Assembly: GCA_963813155.1 (NCBI GenBank)
Contig: CAWEYG010000006.1
Coordinates: 128,001-192,000, forward strand
Direction: 5' to 3'
From: an uncultured Acidobacteriota bacterium
GTDB lineage: Bacteria; Acidobacteriota; Thermoanaerobaculia; UBA5066; DATFVB01
Length of the DNA: 64,000 bases
Positions 1-10,292 of this stretch are shown here, in pieces. Made by a program: the position numbers and the translations under genes. Below the pieces are notes generated by a model. That model saw only the letters and a program-made list of their open reading frames with translations. It was not told the origin of the DNA and ran no database searches. Position 1 is the stretch's first letter. Each line of letters begins with the position of its first letter.

Positions 1-69
1 TTGTGGGGAGGCATGGCTGTCGTCTATCCGGCTGGTGTCGTCGCCCTGAGCCCCGGCGTGAATCCATGA
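1..69 (+). CDS. 3' end of an upstream gene (partial), possibly a paralog of 341..1168
   Basis: Frame 1 reads LWGGMAVVYPAGVVALSPGVNP* (TGA 67-69), similar to the tail ...YTIPIGISAGVASP* of the next gene. Confidence 0.4.
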   Translation: MWGGMAVVYPAGVVALSPGVNP

Positions 70-340
70 GCCGAGATCTCGCCGGATGTTGATTGGGTTG
101 ATTTAGATTGTCGTGGGAGGTGCCCCGGCAACGTCGCTCGGGCATTCCTTTGAGCGTCACGGTCGGCATCGATTCTCCAGTCCCGACAGGAATAATGGCA
201 CAGCCGCGTCCCCTCGCGGATTTCGCGCGATATGCAGGGAGGGCGGGTTCGCAAATTGATTCAAGGAAGCTGTTTCCCGCCTGCCAACGGTTTGGGGGGA
301 AGGAGTATGGTGGCACCATGAGGCGAGTTGGGGGGTTCGA

Positions 341-1168
341 ATGAGCAGAATTCGAATTGTCTGCCTTATCGTAGGGATTGGCCTTGTTTCTCAGATGATA
401 AGGGCGTCTGACGCCTACGTCATTTTCGTAAACGCGGTAGAGCCGCAGCTAAGGGGACAAGGACTCGGGTCCGGTAACTGGTACACGAGGCCAATGTTTT
501 TCAACGCCAGCGATCAAGCGGTCGTGGCTCGTCTGATCGGAATCAGCAACGGCTTCACCCCTTACGACTCGTCAGATGCGGCCTTTGCTCCCGATAGTTT
601 TCGCGAGTTTCCGGGAAAGTGGTACGCCGTCCAGCCCGCGGTTCAGCTCTGCGTGTATCACATCGATGTCCCGTCGAATGTTCTGATCTCGAATCGTCTT
701 TTCTTCTACCGCGAAACGAACTGCGGATTTCCCGCATGCGGCCCGGGCAATAGCGGGGGGATTCCTCTACCTGTCTTTCGGTCCCTTGCGCCGGCGGGGG
801 CTAGGCAAGTGCTTCTGGACGCCGATATGGGTGAGTCGATGTCGGTACGGAGCAACGTGACGCTGTACAACGCCGGGCAGAGCACTGCGCACGCGACGAT
901 CGAAGTTCACATCGGGTGCGATGGAACCGTGGAGGAGTCGCAGACCGTTACCGTGGATCCCGATTCGGTCATCCAGGTCAACGCCTTTGCGACGATCGGA
1001 GTTGCCGAGACTTGCAACCCGTTCGACCTCGAGCGGGCACCTTTCGGATCGCGATATGTCACGGTCGTGATGGACCAGCCCGGTTTGTCGCTGCTCTCGG
1101 TCCTGAAGAACGGCACGTTCGACTACACGATTCCGATTGGGATCTCGGCGGGAGTGGCAAGCCCGTGA
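341..1168 (+). CDS. Secreted hypothetical protein with a beta-rich domain shared with other genes in the window
   Basis: 275 aa ORF; signal-peptide-like N-terminus; motifs GxxGSxWYT..FFN and RSNVTLYNAG resemble the domain in 29988..31241 and the collagen N-termini. Confidence 0.75.
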   Translation: MSRIRIVCLIVGIGLVSQMIRASDAYVIFVNAVEPQLRGQGLGSGNWYTRPMFFNASDQAVVARLIGISNGFTPYDSSDAAFAPDSFREFPGKWYAVQPAVQLCVYHIDVPSNVLISNRLFFYRETNCGFPACGPGNSGGIPLPVFRSLAPAGARQVLLDADMGESMSVRSNVTLYNAGQSTAHATIEVHIGCDGTVEESQTVTVDPDSVIQVNAFATIGVAETCNPFDLERAPFGSRYVTVVMDQPGLSLLSVLKNGTFDYTIPIGISAGVASP

Positions 1169-2322
1169 AATGGAATAGGCCTGTCACTCGTCGGTACGCC
1201 TTGTTATTCGTCGTCCTGGTGACCGTGACGTCTGCCAGCGCCGTGCCGGGCAGGTGGTCGCGCCTGAGTTTCCCCGCGCCGTCAGTCTGGACCGTGGTCG
1301 TAGCCAGCCCGCCCAGCGAGGACGTCTTTGTCGCCGCAAATGCCCAGGTCGGAGGTCCCTCGATCGATGTCTACGTCAGCCACGATCGGGGACTGTCCTG
1401 GAGCGCTCTTACTCGGCCGGCTGTCGGGTTTTCCGAGCCTCCGATCATCGCGACAACTCCGGCGAACCCGAAGACAATTTACGTCGGGGCGGGCGGGTAT
1501 TCGGGAGAGACGATGGCTCGCAGCGACGACGGGGGGCAATCCTGGGTCTTGCTCGGGCCGAATAACAATGCTCAAAGGCTCTCGTCGATCGCGATCGACC
1601 CGTCGAACGCGAACCACATCTACGCCGCGTTCAATGGCCAGGGCGAGTGCGATAGCAGTGGATGTTGGAATGTCAATGCAGGCTTGTTCTTCAGCGCCGA
1701 CAGGGGAGATTCGTGGAAGGAGTTGGCTCCGGAATTCTTCGAGTCCGGCGCCACGGGCGTGGTCATCGATCCCAGGCCCCCCGGAAGCGTTTATGGCTCG
1801 TCCGTATTCGGCGTGTATGCCAGCGAGGATTCCGGCCGAGGCTGGCGAGTACTTCCAAAGTTGTACTGCTACCCTCCCGGGCTGACGCCGTACAGCCCCG
1901 GCGCCTACTCGCTCGTTCTCGCGGTTGGCGCTCGCTCGGAAATTTACGCGCAGAGCCGATGGGTCTACGAATGGGGCCCCGCTTGTATGCAGGTGCAAGT
2001 GAGCAACGAAACAGGCGGCTGGTCGCTCCTGAATTTACCGTCGAATCCCACTCTGTTCGAGATTACAGTCAACCCCTCAAATCGGGAGGAGCTTCTCGCG
2101 ACGTCCCTTTCCGGCATGTTTGTCAGCGAGAATTCGGGTGTCACGTGGCAGTCCTTTGGGAATGATCCCGGGTGGTCCCTGGGAATTTACTCCGTGAAGT
2201 TCTCGAATGATGGGAAGACGATCTATGGGGTCAGCGATTCCAGTGTTTACAGGTACGACCGCGAGGTGTCGCCGATCGGCCCTGTCGTGAATCCGATTCC
2301 CGTCGCGATCGGCGGCCGGTGA
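1165..2322 (+). CDS. Secreted BNR/Asp-box repeat beta-propeller protein
   Basis: GTG 1165 overlaps the upstream TGA, GGAG at 1151; signal peptide; repeated S-x-D-x-G-x-x-W (SHDRGLSW, SDDGGQSW, SADRGDSW, SEDSGRGW, SENSGVTW). Confidence 0.85.
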   Translation: MKWNRPVTRRYALLFVVLVTVTSASAVPGRWSRLSFPAPSVWTVVVASPPSEDVFVAANAQVGGPSIDVYVSHDRGLSWSALTRPAVGFSEPPIIATTPANPKTIYVGAGGYSGETMARSDDGGQSWVLLGPNNNAQRLSSIAIDPSNANHIYAAFNGQGECDSSGCWNVNAGLFFSADRGDSWKELAPEFFESGATGVVIDPRPPGSVYGSSVFGVYASEDSGRGWRVLPKLYCYPPGLTPYSPGAYSLVLAVGARSEIYAQSRWVYEWGPACMQVQVSNETGGWSLLNLPSNPTLFEITVNPSNREELLATSLSGMFVSENSGVTWQSFGNDPGWSLGIYSVKFSNDGKTIYGVSDSSVYRYDREVSPIGPVVNPIPVAIGGR

Positions 2323-3893
2323 TGCGTGGCCGCGCAACACGGAAGTGGCCTTTCTTTGCGGCAGGTTGTCTCGCGTTCTTGATATCTGGCCCGGCCGTCG
2401 CTCGGGCTGCGTCCAACACCGAGGAACTGTCTCTTGTCGCCCGCGCAGCGATCTCCCGGGCGATTCGCGACCTCCACCCCGGATCGGCGAGCGCCGGGAG
2501 TGCTCAATTCTTTGAGGAAGCAAAACTGACTGCCTCGGACGGCGCGGCGAGCGACGAGCTGGGAACTTCGGTTGCCGTTTCCGGCGACACGGTCGTCGTG
2601 GGAGTCAACGGGACGAATGGCGGTACCGAGAACGCGCGGGGGGCGGCATACGTCTTCGTGAAGCCGGCCGGCGGCTGGGGAACGGCGCCTCCGCTCGAGG
2701 CGAAGCTGACCGCTTCCGATGGGGCTCCATTCGACGGGTTTGGCTGGTCGGTCGCGATTTCGGGAGACACGATCGTCGTGGGAGCGCCGTTTGCGGCGGT
2801 CAATTCCAATCTCTCCGAGGGCGCGGCTTACGTTTTCGTGAAGCCGTACCGCGGTTGGAAGACGACGTCCGCTTTCGATTCAAAACTCACTGCCTCCGAT
2901 GCTACGAGGATCACCTTCTTTGGTCTCTCGGTCGCGATTTCCGGGGGCACGGTCGTCGTGGGCGCTCCGGGGACGATGATCGGCACGTACTATGCCCAGG
3001 GCGCGGCATACTTGTTCGTTGAGCCGCCGTCGGGTTGGGCGACGACATCGGCCTTCGATGCCAAGCTGACGGCGTCGGATGGGATTCTCGCGGATCAACT
3101 TGGCGCCTCCGTCGCGATCTCCGGCGATACGGTCGTGGCAGGTACTGCAAGCACGCAGATGGGGTTGAACCCGGGGTTGGGAAAGGCCTACGTCTTCGTA
3201 AGACCTCCGGCCGGCTGGGCCACGACGTCCGAATTTCAGGCAAAGCTCACCGCTTCCGATGGAGTCCCCGGGGATTACTTCGGTTCGCCCGTCGCGACGA
3301 GCGGCGACGCCGTCATCGTCGGCGCCCCGGGGGCCGGGCCGGGCGGCATCGAAGCGGAGGGCGCGGCGTATGTGTTTGCGAGGCCAACCGGAGGATGGAA
3401 GAGCTCGACCGAGGACGCGAGGCTGACGCCGTCCGACGGCGGCGTACTCGACTACTTCGGCACTTCCGTCGGGATCTCCGGCGGCACAGTGGTGATCGGG
3501 GCGCTGCAGGCTATGGTGGCGGGCGAACCCTCGGCTGCGGGTTTCAGCTCCGAGGCGCAAACGGCCTACCTCAACTCGGGGTTGGGCGTGGCCTATGTCT
3601 TCGTAAAGCCGACCTCGGGATGGTCGACGACTTCGCAATTCAATGCGAAAGTGTCGGCAGCTGACGAGTTGATGACCGCGTCCCGGTTTGGAAATGGGTT
3701 CGGTTCGTCCGTCGGATTTTCGGGCGATACGCTGGTCGTGGGCGCGCCGGCTGGAGACGTCGGGTCGAATCCCTATCAGGGCGCGGCATACGTGTTCGAG
3801 CGCTGTCCGTCGGCGAGTGGGCCGGGAGGGCCCCCGTGCATCCAGAGCCTCGACCCGCCTTCGCCGGCTCCGATGAAGGGCCGACAACCCTGA
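2319..3893 (+). CDS. Secreted FG-GAP repeat (integrin-alpha-like beta-propeller) protein
   Basis: About six repeats of KLTASDG..D.FG.SVAISGDTVVVGAP..GAAYVF; signal peptide. Confidence 0.92.
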   Translation: MMRGRATRKWPFFAAGCLAFLISGPAVARAASNTEELSLVARAAISRAIRDLHPGSASAGSAQFFEEAKLTASDGAASDELGTSVAVSGDTVVVGVNGTNGGTENARGAAYVFVKPAGGWGTAPPLEAKLTASDGAPFDGFGWSVAISGDTIVVGAPFAAVNSNLSEGAAYVFVKPYRGWKTTSAFDSKLTASDATRITFFGLSVAISGGTVVVGAPGTMIGTYYAQGAAYLFVEPPSGWATTSAFDAKLTASDGILADQLGASVAISGDTVVAGTASTQMGLNPGLGKAYVFVRPPAGWATTSEFQAKLTASDGVPGDYFGSPVATSGDAVIVGAPGAGPGGIEAEGAAYVFARPTGGWKSSTEDARLTPSDGGVLDYFGTSVGISGGTVVIGALQAMVAGEPSAAGFSSEAQTAYLNSGLGVAYVFVKPTSGWSTTSQFNAKVSAADELMTASRFGNGFGSSVGFSGDTLVVGAPAGDVGSNPYQGAAYVFERCPSASGPGGPPCIQSLDPPSPAPMKGRQP

Positions 3894-3897
3894 TCCC

Positions 3898-4544
3898 CTA
3901 CGAATTCCTCAAATAAAACGACAGCGTCTCGAGGTTGATCTTCAGGTCCACGTTCTTCAGGAAGACGTTCTCCGGGGCTTTCAGCTGGACGGGCGCGAAG
4001 TTCAGGATCGCGCGGATCTTCGCGGCGACGAGCGCGTCGATCGTGGCCCGCGCGGCTTCGGCCGGAACGGCGATCACGCCGATGTCCACCCGGTGGCGCG
4101 CCGCGAAGTCGGGGATCGCGTCCGCGCGAGAACGGGGATGCCCGTCTTCAACTTCGTGCCGATCTTCGCGGGGTCGACGTCGAACAGCGCGACGATCTTG
4201 AAGCCGCCGGAGTTGAACCCTCCGTACGCTGCGAGCGCGAGGCCGAGGTGCCCCGCCCCGCACAGGATCACGGTCTTCTCCGAGTCGATGCCGAGCAGCT
4301 GGATGAGGTGGCTCTTCAGCGTCGCGACGTCGTAGCCGACCCCCCGGATCCCGAACTCGCCGAACATCGCGAGATCCTTTCGGATTTGAGCGGAGTTCAG
4401 GTGGAACCGCTTCGCGAAATCGTGCGAAGAGACCGTGCGGACTCCGTCGGCCTCGAGCGCTTGAAGCCCGCGGAGGTAGAGCGACAGCCGGCGGGCCGTG
4501 ACTTCGGAAACGCTCTCGGACCCGGCCGGGGGACGGCGGCTCAT
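3898..4544 (-). CDS. rex: Redox-sensing transcriptional repressor Rex (one apparent frameshift near 4120)
   Basis: N-terminal wHTH TARRLSLYLR..SAQIRKDLAMFGEFGIRGVGYDV; Rossmann GAGHLGLAL; C-terminal AILNFAP in a second frame; ATG overlaps the nuoN stop. Confidence 0.93.
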
Positions 4545-6001
4545 GGGCGGAGGTGCGGGAGGAACCGGGACGCGACGGAGGCGAGGTCGAGGACGCGCGA
4601 CGGGAAGATCCCGATTGCGAGCGTTCCGAGGCCGCACAGGAGGATCGCGAGGCGGCTCTCCGGGGCGAGAGGGGCCGCGGCTTCTCCCTCGATCGGTTCC
4701 CGCATGTAGAGGACGTACACGACGCGCAGGTAGTACCCGAGCGAGACGAGGCTGTTCGCGACGCCGACGAGGGCCAGCCACAGGAAACCACCCTCGATCG
4801 CCGCCTTGAAGACGAAGAACTTTCCGATGAACCCCGCGGTCGCGGGAATGCCGCCGAGCGAGATCATGCAGATCGCGAGCACGAACGCCGTCAGCGGTGC
4901 CGTCCGGCCCGCGCCGGCGTACAGGCCGATCGAATGGGGCTTCGTCTCGTCTCGGGACAGGGCCGCGACGCAGGCGAACGCCCCGACGTTCGCGAATGCG
5001 TACGCGAAGAGATAAACGAGCACGGCCGCGAAGGCCTCGCGCCCGAACACGGCGAGAGCGATGCCGACGTAGCCCATGTGCGCGATCCCGGAGTAGGCGA
5101 GAAGCCGCTTGATGTCCCTCTGGGCGAGCGCGACGAGGTTTCCGAGGCACATCGAGAGCACCGCGAGCGCGGCGAGTGCGGTCTGAAACCGCAGGGGGAG
5201 AGCGCCCCCGAAGACCGCGGCGAAGACTCGAAAGAGGACGATCAGGGCGGCCCCCTTCGGCGCGACGGACAGGAACGCGACGGCCGGCGTCGGCATGCCG
5301 GCATACACGTCGGGGGCCCACGCGTGGAACGGCGCGAGCGCGATCTTGAACCCGAACCCGGCGAGCAGGAACACGAGGCCGGCGGTCAGGAGAGGATCGG
5401 ACGCGAGCGGGCCTCCGAATCCGGTGATCCTCGTCGTTCCGAGCTTCCCGAAGAGGATCGCGATTCCCAGGAGCGTGAACGACGACGCGAACGCGCCGGT
5501 GAGGAAATACTTCAGGCCCGCTTCGGCGGAGGCCGCGGACTTTCGGAAAAACGCCGCGAGGATGTAAAAGCACAGGGAAAACGTCTCGAGGCCGAGAAAA
5601 ATCACGAGGAGGTCGAGGCCGCGCGCCATCAGCGAAACGCCGACGATCCCCCACAGAAGGAGGGGGTAGAACTCGCCACCCGCGGGGATCCAGCCCGCCC
5701 GGACGGCCGCGTCGAGGTAGGGACGCGCGATCAGGAGCGTGAGCACGGCCGCGAGTCCGGCAAAGAGGCCGAAGACCCGCGCGAGCACGGAGGAATCGAA
5801 CGTTCCCGAGAACGTGGAGCCGCCGGGAAGCCTCTCCAGGAGAACGAGGTATCCGCCGACCGCGAGGATCGAAATCGCCGCGAACGCGCGCCGGCTCGAG
5901 GGGATGAACGCCTCGAGCAGGAGCAGAACGCAGCCGGCGGCCGCGAGGACAATCTCGGGCGCGACGCTCGCGAGGTCACCCGGGAAAAGCGCGGGGATCA
6001 T
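4541..6001 (-). CDS. nuoN: NADH-quinone oxidoreductase subunit N
   Basis: EAGLKYFLTGAFAS, GFKIALAPFHAWAPDVYAG, KRLLAYSGIAH; ATG 6001 overlaps the nuoM stop. Confidence 0.96.
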   Translation of the reverse strand: MIPALFPGDLASVAPEIVLAAAGCVLLLLEAFIPSSRRAFAAISILAVGGYLVLLERLPGGSTFSGTFDSSVLARVFGLFAGLAAVLTLLIARPYLDAAVRAGWIPAGGEFYPLLLWGIVGVSLMARGLDLLVIFLGLETFSLCFYILAAFFRKSAASAEAGLKYFLTGAFASSFTLLGIAILFGKLGTTRITGFGGPLASDPLLTAGLVFLLAGFGFKIALAPFHAWAPDVYAGMPTPAVAFLSVAPKGAALIVLFRVFAAVFGGALPLRFQTALAALAVLSMCLGNLVALAQRDIKRLLAYSGIAHMGYVGIALAVFGREAFAAVLVYLFAYAFANVGAFACVAALSRDETKPHSIGLYAGAGRTAPLTAFVLAICMISLGGIPATAGFIGKFFVFKAAIEGGFLWLALVGVANSLVSLGYYLRVVYVLYMREPIEGEAAAPLAPESRLAILLCGLGTLAIGIFPSRVLDLASVASRFLPHLRP

Positions 6002-7521
6002 CGGGGCCCCAGCGACATCGCGGCCTTCGAATGGACGAACGCGAGCAGCTCGTCCACGGAGCCGTGGATCTTGTCGAGGAAGAAATTCGGCGCGATGCCG
6101 ATCCAGACCATGCACAGGATGAGCGCGACCGCGCCGATCAGCTCGGAGCGCCGGATATCCGGAAGGTTCTTGTTCTCCTCGTTCTTCAAGGGGGTCCAGA
6201 AGACGCGTTGCACGAGCGTCAGAAGGTAGATCGCGGAAAGGACCATTCCGGCCGTCCCCGCGACCGCCCACCACTTCGGAACGTGGGGCGCGTTGAACGT
6301 TCCGTTCAGGATCAGGAACTCGCCGACGAAGCCGTTCAGGCCGGGAAGGCCGATCGAGGCGAGCGCGGAGATGACGAAGAGCGTCGCGGTGACCGGCACG
6401 ACGCGGGCGATACCGCCGTAGGCGGAGATCTCCCGGGTGTGGCGCCTTTCATACAGGACGCCGACGAGAAGGAAGAGCGCGCCCGTCGAGAGGCCGTGGT
6501 TCACGCTCTGGAGCACGGCGCCGGTCGTCGACAGGCTCGTCAAAGCCGCGATCCCGAGCATGACGAGGCCCAGGTGCGCGACCGAGGAATAGGCCACGAG
6601 GCGCTTCATGTCCGTCTGGGCGAAGGCGACCATCGACCCGTAGACGATCCCGATCACCGACAGCAGGGCGAGCCACGGGGCGAACTTGAGAGCGGCGTGC
6701 GGAAACAGGGGAAGCGAAAACCGCAAATACCCGTACACGCCGAGCTTCAGCAGCACGCCCGCGAGGATGATCGAGCCGGCCGTCGGGGCCTCGGTGTGCG
6801 CGTCGGGCAGCCACGTGTGCAGCGGGAAGACCGGCACCTTCACGAGAAACGCGATCGAGAACGCGAAGAACAGAAGCATCTGGGCCGGCATCGGGAAGCT
6901 CAGCCGGTAGAAATCCTGGAGCGCGAAGGTCCAGGTTCCGGTCGCCCGGTGGTACTGGATCGCCATGAACAGGATGCCGAGCGACATGAGGAGCGATCCG
7001 GCCATCGTGAAAAGGAAGAACTTGACCGCGGCGTAGATTCGCCGCGTTCCGCCCCAGATCCCGATGATGAAATACATCGGGACGAGCATGATTTCCCAGA
7101 AAAAATAGAACAGGACCAGGTCGAGCGACGCGAGGGATCCGAGCATGCCCGTCTCGAGAACGAGGAACGACGCGACGAAGCCGCGGACGCTCTGCCGGAC
7201 GTGCCCGATCGAGAAGAGCAGCGCGATCGGCGTGAGCAGCGTCGTCAGCAGCACAAGGAGCAGGGAAATCCCGTCGATGCCGATCGAGTACGAAATGCCG
7301 AACGCGGGAATCCACGCCGCGTGCTCCTCGAACTGAAATCCCGACGCGCGAGGGTCGAAACCGGTCCAGAACCCGATCGAGAGGAGAAACGTTGCGACGG
7401 AAATGACGATGCCGGCCGTGCGGATCTCGGTCGACGCGCGCGCGGGGAAAATCGCGATCAGCGCCGCCCCCGCGGCGGGAAGGAAGATGACCCAGGTCAG
7501 GAGGTGCGGGACGGCGCTCAA
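5998..7521 (-). CDS. nuoM: NADH-quinone oxidoreductase subunit M
   Basis: GIDGISL, FWEIMLVPMYF, PLHTWLPDAHTEAPTAGS, GLPGLNGFVGEF; TTG 7521 overlaps the nuoL stop. Confidence 0.96.
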   Translation of the reverse strand: MSAVPHLLTWVIFLPAAGAALIAIFPARASTEIRTAGIVISVATFLLSIGFWTGFDPRASGFQFEEHAAWIPAFGISYSIGIDGISLLLVLLTTLLTPIALLFSIGHVRQSVRGFVASFLVLETGMLGSLASLDLVLFYFFWEIMLVPMYFIIGIWGGTRRIYAAVKFFLFTMAGSLLMSLGILFMAIQYHRATGTWTFALQDFYRLSFPMPAQMLLFFAFSIAFLVKVPVFPLHTWLPDAHTEAPTAGSIILAGVLLKLGVYGYLRFSLPLFPHAALKFAPWLALLSVIGIVYGSMVAFAQTDMKRLVAYSSVAHLGLVMLGIAALTSLSTTGAVLQSVNHGLSTGALFLLVGVLYERRHTREISAYGGIARVVPVTATLFVISALASIGLPGLNGFVGEFLILNGTFNAPHVPKWWAVAGTAGMVLSAIYLLTLVQRVFWTPLKNEENKNLPDIRRSELIGAVALILCMVWIGIAPNFFLDKIHGSVDELLAFVHSKAAMSLGPR

Positions 7522-9468
7522 CGTCCCACCGCCGCGAGGCTTCCGAAGCCGAGGTACGCGAGCAGGGCCACGATCCCGAGCAGGAACGTCAGCGCGTAGT
7601 TCCGGACGTTGCCCGTCGTGAAGAATCGGAGGAGATCGCCCGCCAGCTCGACGAGAAACGACCCGGCGTTGATGAACCCGTCGATCAGGAGCACGTCGAC
7701 GATCTTCCAGAATCCGCGCGAAAGCGCCCGGAAGGGACGGTAGAGAATGCGCTCGTACAGCTCGTCGATCCGGAACTTGTCCCGGACGAGCTGCGCAAAC
7801 CCCGGAAATGCGCGGGTAAATCGCCCGGGAATCTCTTCGGCCTCCGGGCCTGCATAGCAGCGCTTCGCGACCGCCCAGCCCACCGCCGCGATCGCGACGG
7901 ACGCGCCGATGAGCGCGATTTCCACGCCGCGGGACAGCTCCGCGGGTTCGGCCGCGCCGGCCATCGGCGGGACGATGCCGTCCAGGAACCGGTGGAAGAG
8001 GTTTGCTCGCGCGCCCAGGAATCGCGGCAACCCGAGGAGTCCGCCGACCGTCGAAAGGACTCCGAGGACGGCCAGGGGCACCGTCATCGCGGCGGGCGAC
8101 TCGTGGAGGTGGTGGCGCTGTTCGTCGGTCCCGCGGAACTCGCCGAAGAACGTCCGGTAGAGAAGGCGAAACATGTAGAACGACGTGATGCCGGCGGCGA
8201 GAAAGCCCACGGCCCACAGCGCGGGGCTCTTCGCGTACGCGGCGCCGAGGATTTCGTCCTTCGAGAAGAACCCCGCCCAGATGGGGATTCCGGCGATCGC
8301 GAGCGTCGCCGCGAGAAACGTCCAGAACGTCACGGGCAGCGCCTTTCGCAGGCCGCCCATCCGCAGGGTGTTCTGCTCGCCGCCCATCGCGTGGATCACG
8401 GACCCCGCGCCAAGAAAGAGCAACGCTTTGAAGAACGCGTGCGTGAGGACGTGGAAGATCCCGGCCACGAACGCCCCGACGCCGCAGGCGAGGAACATGT
8501 ACCCCAGCTGGGAGATCGTCGAATAGGCGAGGACCTTCTTGATGTCGTCCTGGGCCGTCCCGATGATCGCGGCGAAGATCGCGGTCGCCGCCCCGACGAT
8601 CGCGACGATCGCCATTGCGCCGGGGGAGAGGCGGAACAGGACGTTGCTTCGGACGACGACGTACACGCCCGCCGTGACCATCGTGGCCGCGTGGATCAGC
8701 GCGGAGACGGGCGTCGGGCCGGCCATCGCGTCGGGCAGCCACACGTAGAGGGGGATCTGCGCGCTCTTGCCGCAGGCGCCGACGAACAGCAACAGCGCGA
8801 TCGCCGTCGTCGCCGGCGCGAACCGGAGAGGGTCGGCGGCGGCCATCGGGAAGATCTTTCCGAAATCGAGAGAGCCGAAGCTCCCGAGGATGAGGAAGAG
8901 CGCGATGACGAAGCCGAAATCGCCGACGCGGTTCGTCACGAACGCCTTGCGGCCGGCCCGCGCCGCATCCTCCTTCAGGTAGTCGAACGCGATCAGGAGG
9001 TACGAGCAGAGGCCCACGCCTTCCCAGCCGACGAAGAGGAGAAGGAAGTTGTCGGCGAGCACGAGCGTCAACATCGCGGCCATGAAGAGGTTCAGGTATG
9101 AGAAGAACCGCCAGTACCCCTCGTCCTCGTGCATGTATCCGACGGAGTACACGTGGATCAGGAAGCCGACGAACGTCACGAAAGAGAGCATGACGGCCGA
9201 CAGGGGATCCAGCCGCATCGCGAAATCGACGGAGAAGTCGCCCGCGCGGATCCACGACCCGTACCGCTCGACGACGGGAGCCGCGTTGCCGGCGAAGACG
9301 GCCGCCGCATAGGGAACGAGGCGCGCGTAGGCCGCGACGGTCGCGAGCCCGACCGACCCCGCTCCGCACGCCGTCACGAAGCCCTTTCCGAGCTTCCGGC
9401 CGAAGAGGCCGCACAGGAGGAATCCCGCGAGGGGGACGAGCGGAATCGAGGCACAGCGGCAGGCTCAT
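7518..9468 (-). CDS. nuoL: NADH-quinone oxidoreductase subunit L (indel near 9448)
   Basis: GWEGVGLCSYLLI, GKSAQIPLYVWLPDAMAGPTPVSALIHAATMV, HAFFKALLFLGAG; N-terminal IPLVPLAGFLLCGLFG joins MSLPLCL after a 1-nt shift. Confidence 0.95.
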
Positions 9469-9472
9469 TCGC

Positions 9473-9778
9473 TCACCACTTCAGGAGGTTGATCTTGTTC
9501 ACGTCGATTGTCTCGTTGTGCCGGAAGACGTTGACGAAGATCGCGAGCCCGACGGCCGCTTCTGCGGCCGCGACGACGATCGCGAAGAAGACGACGATCT
9601 GGCCCGAATAGCCGCCGACGGCCTGCCCGTATCCCGCGAGGGCCAGGTTCGCGCCGTTCAACATCAGCTCGATGGAGAGGAAGATCGTGATCGCGTTGCG
9701 GCGCAGCAGCGCCCCGGCGAGGCCGAGGCAGAAAAGCGCGGCCGAAACGAAGAGAACGTCTGTCAGCGGAACCCTCAT
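9473..9778 (-). CDS. nuoK: NADH-quinone oxidoreductase subunit K
   Basis: RRNAITIFLSIELMLNGANL..AAAEAAVGLA. Confidence 0.96.
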   Translation of the reverse strand: MRVPLTDVLFVSAALFCLGLAGALLRRNAITIFLSIELMLNGANLALAGYGQAVGGYSGQIVVFFAIVVAAAEAAVGLAIFVNVFRHNETIDVNKINLLKW

Positions 9779-9785
9779 CGCCCGC

Positions 9786-10292
9786 TCACCGGTCTCCCCG
9801 CCGCATCAGGAGATAGGCGCCCGTCAGCGAGGCGAGCAGCAGGATCGAAACGGCCTCGAACGGGAGGGCGGCCCGGGAATAGAGAGCGCGGGCGAGCGGC
9901 GCGATCTCTCCGGTCGCCGGAGGAAGGCCGGACGGCCGGAACGCCGAGCCCGCCCGGCGGACCGCGCCGAGGAGAAACGCCGCGAACGCGACGATGCCGG
10001 CGAGGGAAAAGAGGCGCTGGAAGAATCGCGAGTCCCGCGCCTCCTCCTCGGTGTCGAGGTTCAGCAGCATCGTGACGAACAGGAACAGAACCAGGATCGC
10101 GCCCGCGTAGACGATGACCTGGATGACGGCGAGGAACGGCGCGGAGAGGAGCACGAAACCGGCGGCGATCGCGAAGAACGAAACGACGATCGCAAGCAGG
10201 CTCTTGATCGGGTTCCGGTGGACGACCATCACCGCGGCGAACAGGATCGCGATCGCTCCGGCGACGTCGAACGCGAAGCGCGCGGCGTTCAC
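9786..10292 (-). CDS. nuoJ: NADH-quinone oxidoreductase subunit J
   Basis: RNPIKS, QVIVYAGAILVLFLFVTML, PFEAVSILLL; GTG overlaps the nuoH stop. Confidence 0.95.
   Translation of the reverse strand: MNAARFAFDVAGAIAILFAAVMVVHRNPIKSLLAIVVSFFAIAAGFVLLSAPFLAVIQVIVYAGAILVLFLFVTMLLNLDTEEEARDSRFFQRLFSLAGIVAFAAFLLGAVRRAGSAFRPSGLPPATGEIAPLARALYSRAALPFEAVSILLLASLTGAYLLMRRGDR

Noticed and set aside
5998-9468. 1156 aa NuoM with a long N-terminal extension
   Set aside because: The extension is the alternative frame of nuoL; nuoM starts at TTG 7521
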